From positions 219,186 to 283,185 of the forward strand of contig CAWFXO010000002.1 of assembly GCA_963819825.1 (NCBI GenBank): 64,000 bases of DNA, given 5' to 3'. This document shows, piece by piece, positions 40,482 to 49,270 of the stretch (positions are counted from its first letter, which is position 1; each line of letters opens with the position of its first letter). The notes under the pieces were generated by a model. It was not told where the DNA came from. It made no database searches and was given only the letters and a program-made list of their open reading frames with translations. The stretch comes from an uncultured Acidobacteriota bacterium. GTDB lineage: Bacteria > Acidobacteriota > Terriglobia > Terriglobales > Acidobacteriaceae. The position numbers and the translations under genes are program-made.

Positions 40482-40676
40482 ATGCCAAAACTAAAAACAC
40501 ACAAAGGCGCCGCCAAGCGCTTCAAGAAGACCGCCACCGGAAAAGTGAAGCGGTCGCATGCTTTTTTGCGGCACATCCTGACGTCGAAACAGAAGAAGCG
40601 GAAGCGCGGCCTGCGCAGTTCGGTTCTGGTCAGCGACGCGGATACGCCAAAAGTTAAGAGGATGATTCCGTACTAG
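40482..40676 (+). CDS. rpmI: 50S ribosomal protein L35
   Basis: [36 protein letters not shown]. Confidence 0.95.
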   Translation: MPKLKTHKGAAKRFKKTATGKVKRSHAFLRHILTSKQKKRKRGLRSSVLVSDADTPKVKRMIPY

Positions 40677-40683
40677 GGATTTT

Positions 40684-40745
40684 CCTCTGTGATCTCTGTG
40701 TCCTCTGTGGTTAAAGCTTTTCGCCCGGAGTTGTCACAGAGGCAA
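40684..40745. repeat. cctctgtg/cacagagg palindromic repeat element, copy 1 (rpmI-rplT spacer)
   Basis: cctctgtgatctctgtgtcctctgtggttaaagcttttcgcccggagttgtcacagaggcaaag. The 19-mer gtgtcctctgtggttaaag recurs at 45121..45139. Confidence 0.8.
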
Positions 40746-40827
40746 AGCGCAGACTAGATCGCGCCAGCGAGTGAAGAGGCAAATCCTGCCTCCAGCCGCT
40801 AATTAGAAGGTAAAAAGGAGCAACACC

Positions 40828-41194
40828 ATGCCTCGTGTAAAACGCGGTACCAAACGCCGCGCCAAGCGCAAACGGATATTAGACCGCGCCAGCGGTTATT
40901 TCCTCACCAAATCAAAACTCTACCGCTCGGCGAAAGAAGCCGTCGAACGCGGCCTGAAGTTCGCCTACTCCGGACGCAAACAGAAAAAGCGCCAGTACCG
41001 CTCGCTGTGGATCGTCCGCATCGGCGCCGCCGCCAAGTTGAGCGGCATGAGCTACAGCCAGTTCATTCACGGATTGAAAGTCGCCGGCGTCGAACTGGAT
41101 CGCAAGATCCTCTCCGACCTGGCCGTGAACGACGAAGCCGCGTTTAAGAGCCTGGCCGAGCAGGCGAAAGCGTGCGCTGGCGAAGGCAGCGTAG
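40828..41194 (+). CDS. rplT: 50S ribosomal protein L20 (as-given ORF runs to 41232 because of an extra T near 41173)
   Basis: [25 protein letters not shown]...[15 protein letters not shown]. Skipping t41173 gives the canonical tail AEQAKAALAKAA with TAG at 41192-41194. Confidence 0.9.
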
Positions 41195-41234
41195 AACATC
41201 CGTCAGCTTTCAGCCATCAGAGAAAGCCATAGCC

Positions 41235-41660
41235 ATGGACGCCGCAGCGCCGCGATCCTTATCGTTGCTGATCCTTACCGGCTCGATGGGATCGGGCAAG
41301 ACAGCGGTGATGGCCGAGGCATCGGATATTCTGGCACTGCGCGGCATTCAGCACGCCGCAATTGATCTGGACATGCTTGGGTTCGCGCATCTGCCATCTG
41401 GCGCAGAAAACGACGACGTGATGTATCGTAACCTGCAGGCGGTCGCGGCCAACTATGTGGCGCTTGGCGTTGACCGATTTCTGTTGGCACGTGCGATCGA
41501 AAACCGGGCGATGCTTCGACGCTGCGTTGAAGCGGCTGGGGCAAGAGAAGTCGTCGTATGCAGGCTTACGGCGTCGGTTGACACGATGCAGCAACGCGTC
41601 GGATCGCGGGAACGAGGCCTGTGTAGCGATAGGTACACGAAGCGTCAAGACATTGAATGA
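41235..41660 (+). CDS. small P-loop NTPase/kinase-like protein; 3' end uncertain (frameshift near 41600)
   Basis: ATG 41235. Walker A in LLILTGSMGSGKTAVMAEASDIL. The sequence after RVGSRERGL appears to continue in another frame (VAIGTRSVKTLNEAQRAG). Confidence 0.5.
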   Translation: MDAAAPRSLSLLILTGSMGSGKTAVMAEASDILALRGIQHAAIDLDMLGFAHLPSGAENDDVMYRNLQAVAANYVALGVDRFLLARAIENRAMLRRCVEAAGAREVVVCRLTASVDTMQQRVGSRERGLCSDRYTKRQDIE

Positions 41661-41757
41661 AGCCCAGCGCGCAGGAGATTCTGAGTTAAAACGAAGACGC
41701 CCTGACCGAGTGCACGAACTGAGCGCGCTCACGGGTAGGGTAGTCTGGCAAAGAAAC

Positions 41758-42873
41758 ATGCCCTACACCGTCCCCAAACTGAAAGACTTCTCGCCCGCGG
41801 CGCTCGACAAGGCTGCCGCCGACCTGCTCGCCGCGCTGCAAAAAGAATCGGCGAAGCTCAGCACCGACGCCGACCGCAAATCTTTCCGCGACCGCTGGCT
41901 CGCCCGCAAAGACGGCGTCCTCACCCAAATCAACGACCTCTGGCTGAAATCCGCGCCCAAAGACGCCAAGCGCGATGTCGGCCAGCGCGTCAACGCCCTG
42001 AAGAAAGAAGTCGAACAAAAAGTCGAGGCCGCACTGGCGCAGCCCGCCGCCGCGACCGCCGATTCCGCCATCGACATCTCCCTCCCCGGCATCCGCCGCC
42101 CCATCGGCGCCGAGCACCCGATCATCCGCACGCAGAACGAAATCATCTCCGTCTTCCGCAACCTCGGATATTCCGTCGCCGAAGGCCCGGTGATCGAGAC
42201 CGACTACTACAATTTCGAGGCGCTGAATTTTCCGCCGAACCATCCCGCGCGCGACACGCAGGATACTTTGTTCCTCGCCAACCAGGACGCGAAGCCGCCG
42301 CGCGAGCGCCTGCTGCTGCGCACCCACACTTCTCCGGTGCAGATTCGCACCATGGAGAAGCTGAAGCCGCCGCTGCGCATTCTGGTGCCCGGCAAAGTCC
42401 ATCGCAACGATCCTCCCGACGCCAGCCACTCGCCCATGTTCCATCAGGTCGAGGGCCTCGCCGTGGACACCAACATCACTTTCGGCGATTTAAAAGGCAC
42501 GCTCGACCACGCCATGAAAGCGCTGTTCGGATCGAGCGTGAAGACCGGCTTCCGGCCGTCGTTCTTTCCCTTCACCGAGCCCAGCGCGGAAATGTTCGTG
42601 TCATGTTTCATCTGCGGAGGCAGCGGCAAGCGCGGTGACGACAACGCCCCGTGCCGTCCCTGCAAGCAGACCGGATGGATCGAAATCCTCGGCTGCGGCA
42701 TGGTTGACCCGAACGTTTTCGAGTCGGTGAAACACAACGGCTACGACCCCGAGAAGATTTCCGGCTTCGCCTTCGGCATGGGCGTGGACCGCATCGCCAT
42801 GCTGAAGTACGGGCTGGATGATTTGCAGTTGTTCTTCCAGGGGGATGTGAGATTTTTGGAGCAGTTTGGGTAG
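41758..42873 (+). CDS. pheS: phenylalanine--tRNA ligase alpha subunit
   Basis: Intact from ATG 41758 (MPYTVPKLKDF). Class II motifs NFEALNFPPNHPARDTQDT, LLLRTHTSPVQIR, FRPSFFPFTEPSAE and GFAFGMGVDRIAMLKYG. Confidence 0.95.
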   Translation: MPYTVPKLKDFSPAALDKAAADLLAALQKESAKLSTDADRKSFRDRWLARKDGVLTQINDLWLKSAPKDAKRDVGQRVNALKKEVEQKVEAALAQPAAATADSAIDISLPGIRRPIGAEHPIIRTQNEIISVFRNLGYSVAEGPVIETDYYNFEALNFPPNHPARDTQDTLFLANQDAKPPRERLLLRTHTSPVQIRTMEKLKPPLRILVPGKVHRNDPPDASHSPMFHQVEGLAVDTNITFGDLKGTLDHAMKALFGSSVKTGFRPSFFPFTEPSAEMFVSCFICGGSGKRGDDNAPCRPCKQTGWIEILGCGMVDPNVFESVKHNGYDPEKISGFAFGMGVDRIAMLKYGLDDLQLFFQGDVRFLEQFG

Positions 42874-42920
42874 AAGCCGTCGCTCCTGGTCGTGTGGTGC
42901 GCTTGGCGCGATGCTAAAGC

Positions 42921-45104
42921 ATGAAACTTTCAGCAAATTGGCTGCGCGAATTCGTTGATCTCACGGTGGACGACCGCCGTCTCGCCGAAGACTTGACTTC
43001 GATTGGCATCGCGGTCGAGGGCATTTCCGGCGAAGGCGCGAACACCGTCTTCGAAATGGAGATTGGGACCAACCGGCCCGATGCGATGAATCATTACGGC
43101 GTCGCGCGCGAGGCGGCGGCGTTTTATGGGCTCGGGCTAAAGCCCCTAGCCTCAGCGGCTAAAGCCGATCCAGAATGAGGAGGTCGTAAATGCTGCGCTG
43201 AAGCGCAGCTCCACCCAAAATCGCCCGCCCGGCACGGCTGAAGCCGTGCCCTCCCGTGGATCGTCGCACGCGGTAAATCAACCGGCGATTTCGAAATCGA
43301 CATCGAAGACAAAGAAGGCTGCGCCCGATACACGGCGCAGATCGTCCGCGGGGTAAAGATCAAAGCGTCGCCGGAGAAGATCGCCAGCCGCCTGGCTCTC
43401 GTCGATCAGCGCTCCATCAACAACGCCGCCGACGCTTCGAATTACACGCTCTGGGAGATGGGCCATCCCACGCATGCGTTCGATCTCGACCTGCTCGAAG
43501 GCGGACAAATCGTCGTCCGCCGCGCACGCGCCGGCGAAACGCTGAAGACCCTCGACGGCATTGACCGCAAGCTCTCGCCCGAAGACCTGATCATCGCCGA
43601 CGCCAAAAAGCCGGTCGCGCTCGCCGGAGTCATGGGCGGCTTCGACTCGATGATCACGGAGAAGACGAAGAATATTTTGATCGAATCCGCATGGTTTGAT
43701 CCCGTCGCCGTGCGCAAGACGGCCAAGCGCCACGGCCTGCACACCGACGCCTCGCATCGTTTCGAGCGCGGCGCGGATTACGGGGCAACTCCGCTGGCCT
43801 GCGCGCTGGTCGCGCAGAGAATTATCGAATCCGGCGGCGGCCAACTCGACGGCGACCCGATTGACGCCGTCGCCCGCGAGCTTGATCAAGCGCCGGTTGT
43901 ACTTCGCGTTTCGCGCGTTCACCGCATTCTCGGCAGCAGCATTGAAACCCACGAGATCGTCGCCATCCTCAATCGCCTCGGATTCGAACTCGTCCCCGAA
44001 CCCGGCGCGCAGCCGGAATTCTCGGTCCGCATTCCCACCTGGCGGCTCGACGTTGAGCGTGAGATTGACCTGATCGAAGAGATCGCGCGCCTGCACGGCT
44101 ACAACAATTTCCCCAACACGCTGCCGGCATTCTCCGGCGCGGTCGTCGAAATCCCGCGCGCCGCGAAAGAAGCCAAGCTTCGCTCTTCCCTGCTCGCGCT
44201 CGGCTACAACGAAGCCGTTTCGCTCAGCTTCATCGCGCACGAAGACGCCGAGACATTTTCTTCCAGTCCGGTCATCGAACTGGCGAATCCGCTGAGCGAA
44301 GAAGCGTCGCTCATGCGCAGTTCGCTGGTGCCGGGCATGCTGAACATGCTGGCCTACAACCTGAATCGCGGAACCGAAGACGTTCGCCTGTTCGAAATGG
44401 GCGACGTGTACGAGGCTTCGGGCGCGGGCGCGATGGAAAGCAGCTCGCATTTGCTTCGGCGCGACCATGTCGGCGCTGAAGAACGACATTCCGCAAGGCG
44501 GCGTTCTCGACACCAGCAAAAAGACAAAGACGCGAACGATCTGGACATTTTCCGTTCGTTCAAAGGTGACGTGGAAACTCTGCTGCGGGCGTTGCAACAC
44601 AAGTCGCTGACTTTCGACGTCCAGACCGTCGGATTATTACCATCCCGGCCAGTTCGCGCGCGCGCTGATGGACGGAGAAGCCGGTCGCGCAGTTCGGACA
44701 ATTGCATCCGCAGGTCGCCGCGGATCGCAAATTGCGCCAGGAAATTTTCGTTGCGGAGACTTTTCGCCGATCGTCTCTATCGCACCGCAAACTGCGCGAG
44801 ATTCGTTACGAGCCGCTGCCCCGCTTCCCCGGCGTCGAGCGCGACTTCTCGTTCCTGTTCGACGACAACGTGACCTTCGACAAGATTCAGACTGCCGTGC
44901 ACGGTCTCGGCCTGCGCGAGCTGCGCAGTTTCTCGCCGAGTGAGATCTTCCGCGGCGGCTCAGTTCCCGCTCGGAAAGTATTCGATCCTGGTGCGCGCGA
45001 TGTTTCAGTCGCTTGACCGCACGCTGCGCGAAGATGAAGTCGCCGACTGGTCGGCGAAGATTGTCGCCGCGCTGCAGCACCTCGGCGGCGCGCAAAGAGC
45101 ATAG
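42921..45104 (+). CDS. pheT: phenylalanine--tRNA ligase beta subunit (short form without the tRNA-binding domain), interrupted by a stop-containing insert and several frameshifts
   Basis: MKLSANWLREFVDL...EMEIGTNRPDAMNHYGVAREAAAFYGL (42921..43178). FEIDIEDKEGCARYTAQIVRGV...NYTLWEMGHPTHAFDLD...HGLHTDASHRFERGAD...WRLDVEREIDLIEEIARLHGYNN (43458..44873 frame). Tail pieces 44702..45016 are followed by GKYSILVRAMFQSLDRTLREDEVADWSAKIVAALQHLGGAQRA, ending at TAG 45102-45104. Confidence 0.9.
43134..43250 (+). repeat. array of four short stem-loops inside pheT (gggc-taaa-gccc, cggc-taaa-gccg, gctgcgc-tgaa-gcgcagc, ggcacggc-tgaa-gccgtgcc)
   Basis: Hairpins are at 43134..43145, 43156..43167, 43192..43209 and 43231..43250. 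In-frame TGA codons are at 43176 and 43239. Confidence 0.75.
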
Positions 45105-45107
45105 TTT

Positions 45108-45196
45108 CTCGGTAATCTCAGTGTCCTCTGTGGTTAAAGGTTTTAAAAGCTTGAACCACAGAGGAGCACTGAGGTTCCACAGAGGTTCACAGAGAA
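45108..45196. repeat. cctctgtgg/ccacagagg palindromic repeat element, copy 2 (just after the pheT stop)
   Basis: ctcagtgtcctctgtggtt ... aaccacagaggagcactgag forms an about 19-bp imperfect stem. It is followed by direct ccacagagg/tcacagag repeats. Confidence 0.8.
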
Positions 45197-45225
45197 ATTT
45201 CTTCCCGCGCAGATTTAAGATAGCC

Positions 45226-46111
45226 ATGAGCATGGCCGAACGAAATCAAAATCATCGAGTGCCCGCGCGACGCCTGGCAGGGCCTCCAGGGCCAGATCCC
45301 CGCCGACCTGAAAGTGGACTACCTGAAAGCCTTGATCAGCGCGGGGTTCAAGCACATCGACGCGGCGTCGTTCGTCTCGCCGAAGGCCGTGCCGCAGTTG
45401 TCGGACTCCGAGGCCGTGCTCAAGGAACTCGATCCGCCCGATGACGTTGAGATCATCGGCATCGTGGTCAACGAAAAAGGCGCGCAGCGTGCGATCAAGA
45501 CGGAGGCCGTGACCACGCTGGGATTTCCGTATTCCCTTTCGCCGACGTTTCTGCAAAACAATCAGCGCCAGACGCCGGAAGAATCGCTCGACGAACTGGA
45601 GAAAATCCAGAACCTTGCCGACGACGCCGGCCTCGACGTGGTGGTGTACATCTCGATGGCCTTCGGCAATCCCTACGGCGACCCCTGGGACGCCGACGAA
45701 GTACTCGCCGCCGTGGACATTCTGGAAGTGAGCGGAATAAAAATGATCTCGCTGGCCGACACCGTGGGCCTGGCTTCACCCGGGCAGATTCAGGCTTTGG
45801 TCTCGACGGTCATCGACAAATTCGGATATCTCGAGATCGGCGCACACCTGCACAGCCGTCCCGATGCCGCCGCGGAAAAAGTCCAGGCCGCCTATGCCGC
45901 CGGATGCCGCCGCTTCGATTCCGCCATCGGCGGCCTCGGCGGATGTCCCTTCGCGCAGGATGCGCTGGTGGGAAACATCCCTACCGAAAAGCTGCTGGAA
46001 GCACTCCAGCAGGCCGGAGCACAGTTGCCGCCGCTCAAGCCGCTGGACACGCTGCTGCGGGCCTCGGCGGAAATCGGGGCCAGGTATACGGCGTCTCACG
46101 CCGCCGACTGA
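45226..46111 (+). CDS. HMG-CoA lyase-like (HMGL/DRE-TIM family) protein, frameshift right after the start codon
   Basis: ATG 45226 or 45232, then an extra g at about 45235. The true frame reads PNEIKIIECPRDAWQGLQGQIPADLKVDYLKALISAGFKHID...ISLADTVGLASP...IGAHLHSR...GLGGCPFA (ORF 45314..46111). Confidence 0.8.
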
Positions 46112-46225
46112 GCCGCGATTCCGCCGGACCCCGCCAGGTCCCCACGCCGTAGTCGCAAATGCGTGAGCGTGTTGCGAACGTCCTTCGACACTAAGGATGG
46201 TGTGAAAGCACTGTCTCCGCGCGGC

Positions 46226-47440
46226 TTAGGGTTGCCGAGGATTTTGAAGGGCCGAGGCCCGGGCGCGGATTCTAGACTCCAGCGCCGCGGCATGCTCTTC
46301 ACGCAGAATGCGTACCAGCGTGTCCACCACGACCAGCAGCACGGGACCCACAAAGATCCCAACCCCGCCGAACGCCACCACCCCTCCCATGATCGAAAGC
46401 ATCACTAACATTGAATTCAGTCTTGCCCGGCCACTAACCACCGAGGAACGCACTACGCCTTCCGCGGTCGAAACCACAATGGCACACCAAACAAAAAGAA
46501 GGACCGCGCTTGTCCAGTTGCCGCGGAGCGCCAGGCCAACGCAGCCCGGTATCCACAGGAGAGAGACGCCGACAAAGGGCAAGCAGGAGAGTGCAGCCGC
46601 CACCGCTCCCCAAACCAGGGGCGAGCTTAGCCCGGTGACCCAGAAACCAAACGCGATCAACGCACCCTCGGCGATGCCGACGGCTATCACTCCATAAACA
46701 TCGGCGATCACGCCTTGATTGACCGCCATCGCCAATTCCCGCGCTCGCTGCCGGGACAAGGGCAGCATCGAGAGGGCCCCGCGACGAAACTCGTCGCTGT
46801 TGCGCAGCAGCGGCAAGAGGAAAACGAAAGCTAGAGCGATGGTTACGATCTGCTGGACAAAACGGCGCCCGAATGCCGCCCCCACCACAAAAGACCAGGA
46901 TGCCAATTGTCGCGCACGGAGCGCAATATCGGCTTTCAACGTCGGTACAGGAATTCCGGTGAGATGTGCGGCTTCCTCCAGCAGCGGGTCGAAACGACTC
47001 GACCAAGTTGCCGGATTACCCGCCGATCGTAAGATCGAGCTGAAGACGTTTGTGGCTTCAGCAGCCAGTCTGGCACTGATGAGAACGACAGGCACAAGGA
47101 CAATTACCAGGGCCAGAGCGGTAGTTGTGAGGGCTGCAAAATACGGGCTGCGAAACCTGTGTAAGAACCATTTGTATAGCGGAAAGAAAACAATGGTCAT
47201 GACCAGCGCTACGAACAGAGCCTTCAGAAAAGGACGGAAGATGATGTATGTGAGGTACACCGCTCCCGCGGTGAGAATTAGCAGGATATAAACCGAGAGC
47301 TGAGTGTCCTCAATCCACGCCGCCAGCACCTCCCGGCGTGCGACGGGATCGACGGGTCCGCCATAAGGTGCACCGGGTCTCGCCTGTGACGGATCCTCCG
47401 GAGAAGGCTTGGGCAGTTCTTGTCTCAAGGCTGCATCCAC
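46226..47440 (-). CDS. AI-2E (PerM/YhhT) family transporter
   Basis: Intact 404-aa multi-TM ORF. GAVAAALSCLPFVGVSLLWIPGCVGLAL and SMLVMLSIMGGVVAFGGVGIFVGPVLL are typical of the family. Confidence 0.85.
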   Translation of the reverse strand: MDAALRQELPKPSPEDPSQARPGAPYGGPVDPVARREVLAAWIEDTQLSVYILLILTAGAVYLTYIIFRPFLKALFVALVMTIVFFPLYKWFLHRFRSPYFAALTTTALALVIVLVPVVLISARLAAEATNVFSSILRSAGNPATWSSRFDPLLEEAAHLTGIPVPTLKADIALRARQLASWSFVVGAAFGRRFVQQIVTIALAFVFLLPLLRNSDEFRRGALSMLPLSRQRARELAMAVNQGVIADVYGVIAVGIAEGALIAFGFWVTGLSSPLVWGAVAAALSCLPFVGVSLLWIPGCVGLALRGNWTSAVLLFVWCAIVVSTAEGVVRSSVVSGRARLNSMLVMLSIMGGVVAFGGVGIFVGPVLLVVVDTLVRILREEHAAALESRIRARASALQNPRQP

Positions 47441-47613
47441 GACCTGCCGGTGGACCCCTTCTTAGCTGCTGTGGCATTCATCAGCTATTGGCAAACCAGC
47501 TGGGTTGCAGGATCGCGGCGGAATTACAAATCACGGGACAAGCCTAGGGGTGCAGGGAACTGGATTCGACTAGCAGTTCTACTAGTTCCTTCCCGCGCAG
47601 GCACTCGCTATCT

Positions 47614-48375
47614 TTGCTGCCAGGTATGGGTGATCTCCGTTCTGCGGCTGAAACCGGTGCACCGTCTCATCTCTACAGCCCAAGACTGCACACGCGAAGA
47701 ACGGTAGAGCGCGCGCTGATGTTGCTCGGAATGGTTCTGCTGGCATTCTACGCGGCGGCCAGAATCCAGGGTTCACTGTTGTCGCAGGTGGCGGTCCAGA
47801 CTTTCGAGGCGTCGCAAGGGCGGCCCTCTGCTAGTCCGAACGGCGTATCCAGCCCCTTGCGAGTTGATTTCAGTCTGTGGTCGCAACCCCGGATTGCTAC
47901 TTACAAGCAAATGCTCGCGCAGCAATTCCAGCCTCCCTTGGCCTTGCTGCGGATTGGAAAAATTGGTTTGCAGGCGCCAGTGCTGGACGGCACTGATGAT
48001 CTCACTTTGAACCGCGGGACGGGTTGGATCACCGGAAGCGCACGGCCGGGAGAGCCGGGTAATGTTGGTATCGCTGGCCATCGAGACAGTTTTTTCCGGG
48101 GGCTCAAGGACTTGAGGATTGGCGACACGATGGACTTGGTGACTCAGAACAAGCAGCAAACGTTCGTGGTCGAGGACGTGCGAGTGGTAAGCCCCGATGA
48201 CGTTAGCGTACTGAGGCCTCGAGCCACACCATCCCTGACGCTGGTGACTTGCTATCCGTTTTACTTCGTGGGAAGCGCGCCGCAGCGTTACATCGTCCAG
48301 GCCTCATTAGTCCAGTCCCTGCCCATTAGCAGTGCAGTAAAGAAGATGGAATCGAGCAAGATATTTTCCCAATGA
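47614..48375 (+). CDS. sortase family transpeptidase (membrane-anchored)
   Basis: TM anchor ALMLLGMVLLAFYAAARI. Catalytic His in NVGIAGHRDSFF, Cys in SLTLVTCYPF and Arg in PQRYIVQASL. Start is TTG 47614 or ATG 47626. Confidence 0.8.
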   Translation: MLPGMGDLRSAAETGAPSHLYSPRLHTRRTVERALMLLGMVLLAFYAAARIQGSLLSQVAVQTFEASQGRPSASPNGVSSPLRVDFSLWSQPRIATYKQMLAQQFQPPLALLRIGKIGLQAPVLDGTDDLTLNRGTGWITGSARPGEPGNVGIAGHRDSFFRGLKDLRIGDTMDLVTQNKQQTFVVEDVRVVSPDDVSVLRPRATPSLTLVTCYPFYFVGSAPQRYIVQASLVQSLPISSAVKKMESSKIFSQ

Positions 48376-48391
48376 ACAGGAGTGCGCAACC

Positions 48392-49165
48392 ATGAATCTA
48401 CCGAGAAGCAAGGCAGTGTTTAACCTCTTGGCGCTGACCGCTCTTTACATCGCTTTTGCCGCTGGCCTGAATGCGCAAGTGAAAACAGAAACCAGCAGCG
48501 CAAGCGGCCAGTCAACAACTCAAGTGAAGGTGGAACGCGGAGAGGTGGTATGGGTGAATGGCAACGACCTGTTGGTCAAAATGGACGATGGATCGCTGCG
48601 CCACTTTGCCAACGTGCCCGACAGCGTCCGGGTCACGGTGGACGGGAAACAATTGGGCATCCATGATCTCCAGCCGGGCATGAAGCTGGAGCGCACGATT
48701 ACCACCACAACCACTCCTAAAACTGTGACCACGGTAGAGACGGTCACGGGGACCGTCTGGCGCGTAGTACCTCCAAAATCTGTGACGCTAAAATTGGAGG
48801 ATGGCAGCATGCAACGCTTCACCATCCCGTCAGGGCAAAAGTTCATGGTGAACGGTCAGCAGACAGATGCCTGGGGCCTTAGGCAGGGGATGAAAATCTC
48901 CGCCACGAAAGTTGTGGAAGAACCTCAGATGGCGGTTGAACAGCAGAGACGGCTAACTGGTACGATGCCGCCTCCTCCCGCTCCGCCGGCCCCCGACCAA
49001 CCTATTATCGTTGCGGTGCTCACTCCGGTTCCGGCTCCAGCTCCGGCGGCACAGGAGCCGGCCGCACTTCCTAAGACCGGGAGCATGGTCCCCCTTTTGG
49101 GCTTCCTCGGAGCTATTGCGTTTGCTGCTGGACTTGGGCTCCGGGTTGGCAGGCTTAGAGCGTAG
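48392..49165 (+). CDS. LPXTG-sorting-signal surface protein with two tandem about 55-aa beta-rich repeats
   Basis: AGGAG RBS and signal peptide ...LTALYIAFAAGLNAQ. Repeats GEVVWVNGNDLLVKMDDGSLRHF...LQPGMKLERTI and GTVWRVVPPKSVTLKLEDGSMQRF...LRQGMKISATKV. A Pro-rich stalk precedes LPKTGSMVPLLGFLGAIAFAAGLGLRVGRLRA-stop. Confidence 0.8.
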   Translation: MNLPRSKAVFNLLALTALYIAFAAGLNAQVKTETSSASGQSTTQVKVERGEVVWVNGNDLLVKMDDGSLRHFANVPDSVRVTVDGKQLGIHDLQPGMKLERTITTTTTPKTVTTVETVTGTVWRVVPPKSVTLKLEDGSMQRFTIPSGQKFMVNGQQTDAWGLRQGMKISATKVVEEPQMAVEQQRRLTGTMPPPPAPPAPDQPIIVAVLTPVPAPAPAAQEPAALPKTGSMVPLLGFLGAIAFAAGLGLRVGRLRA

Positions 49166-49211
49166 TGGGAGACAAGCTTTGGCGATGAACGGCCAGAGTT
49201 CGCGTGCTCAA

Positions 49212-49235
49212 GGCGTGCGCGATTAAGCGCACGCC
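49212..49235. terminator. GC-rich hairpin ggcgtgcgc-gattaa-gcgcacgcc between convergent genes (no clear U-tract)
   Basis: 9-bp perfect stem read directly from the sequence. It lies 46 nt after the LPXTG gene stop. Confidence 0.3.
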
Positions 49236-49270
49236 GCCCCCTCGATGGAGCACTTCCACGTCGTCTTCCC

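Noticed and set aside
43176-43241. The two in-frame TGA codons in pheT read as selenocysteine or programmed read-through
   Set aside because: PheT is not a known selenoprotein, and I cannot identify a SECIS-type structure with the required features. Given the local indel density and an open alternative frame, error or insertion is more parsimonious. The question stays open only as part of the pheT finding.
43278-44600. 440-aa minus-strand ORF opposite pheT; likewise 41686..42444 opposite pheS and 57586..58773 opposite pepA
   Set aside because: All are antisense to strongly conserved housekeeping proteins. None has a recognisable domain, and all have GC-driven open frames.
933-45240. The frameshifts read as programmed ribosomal frameshifting
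   Set aside because: There are far too many, and they are scattered without slippery heptamers or downstream structures. They affect unrelated genes.
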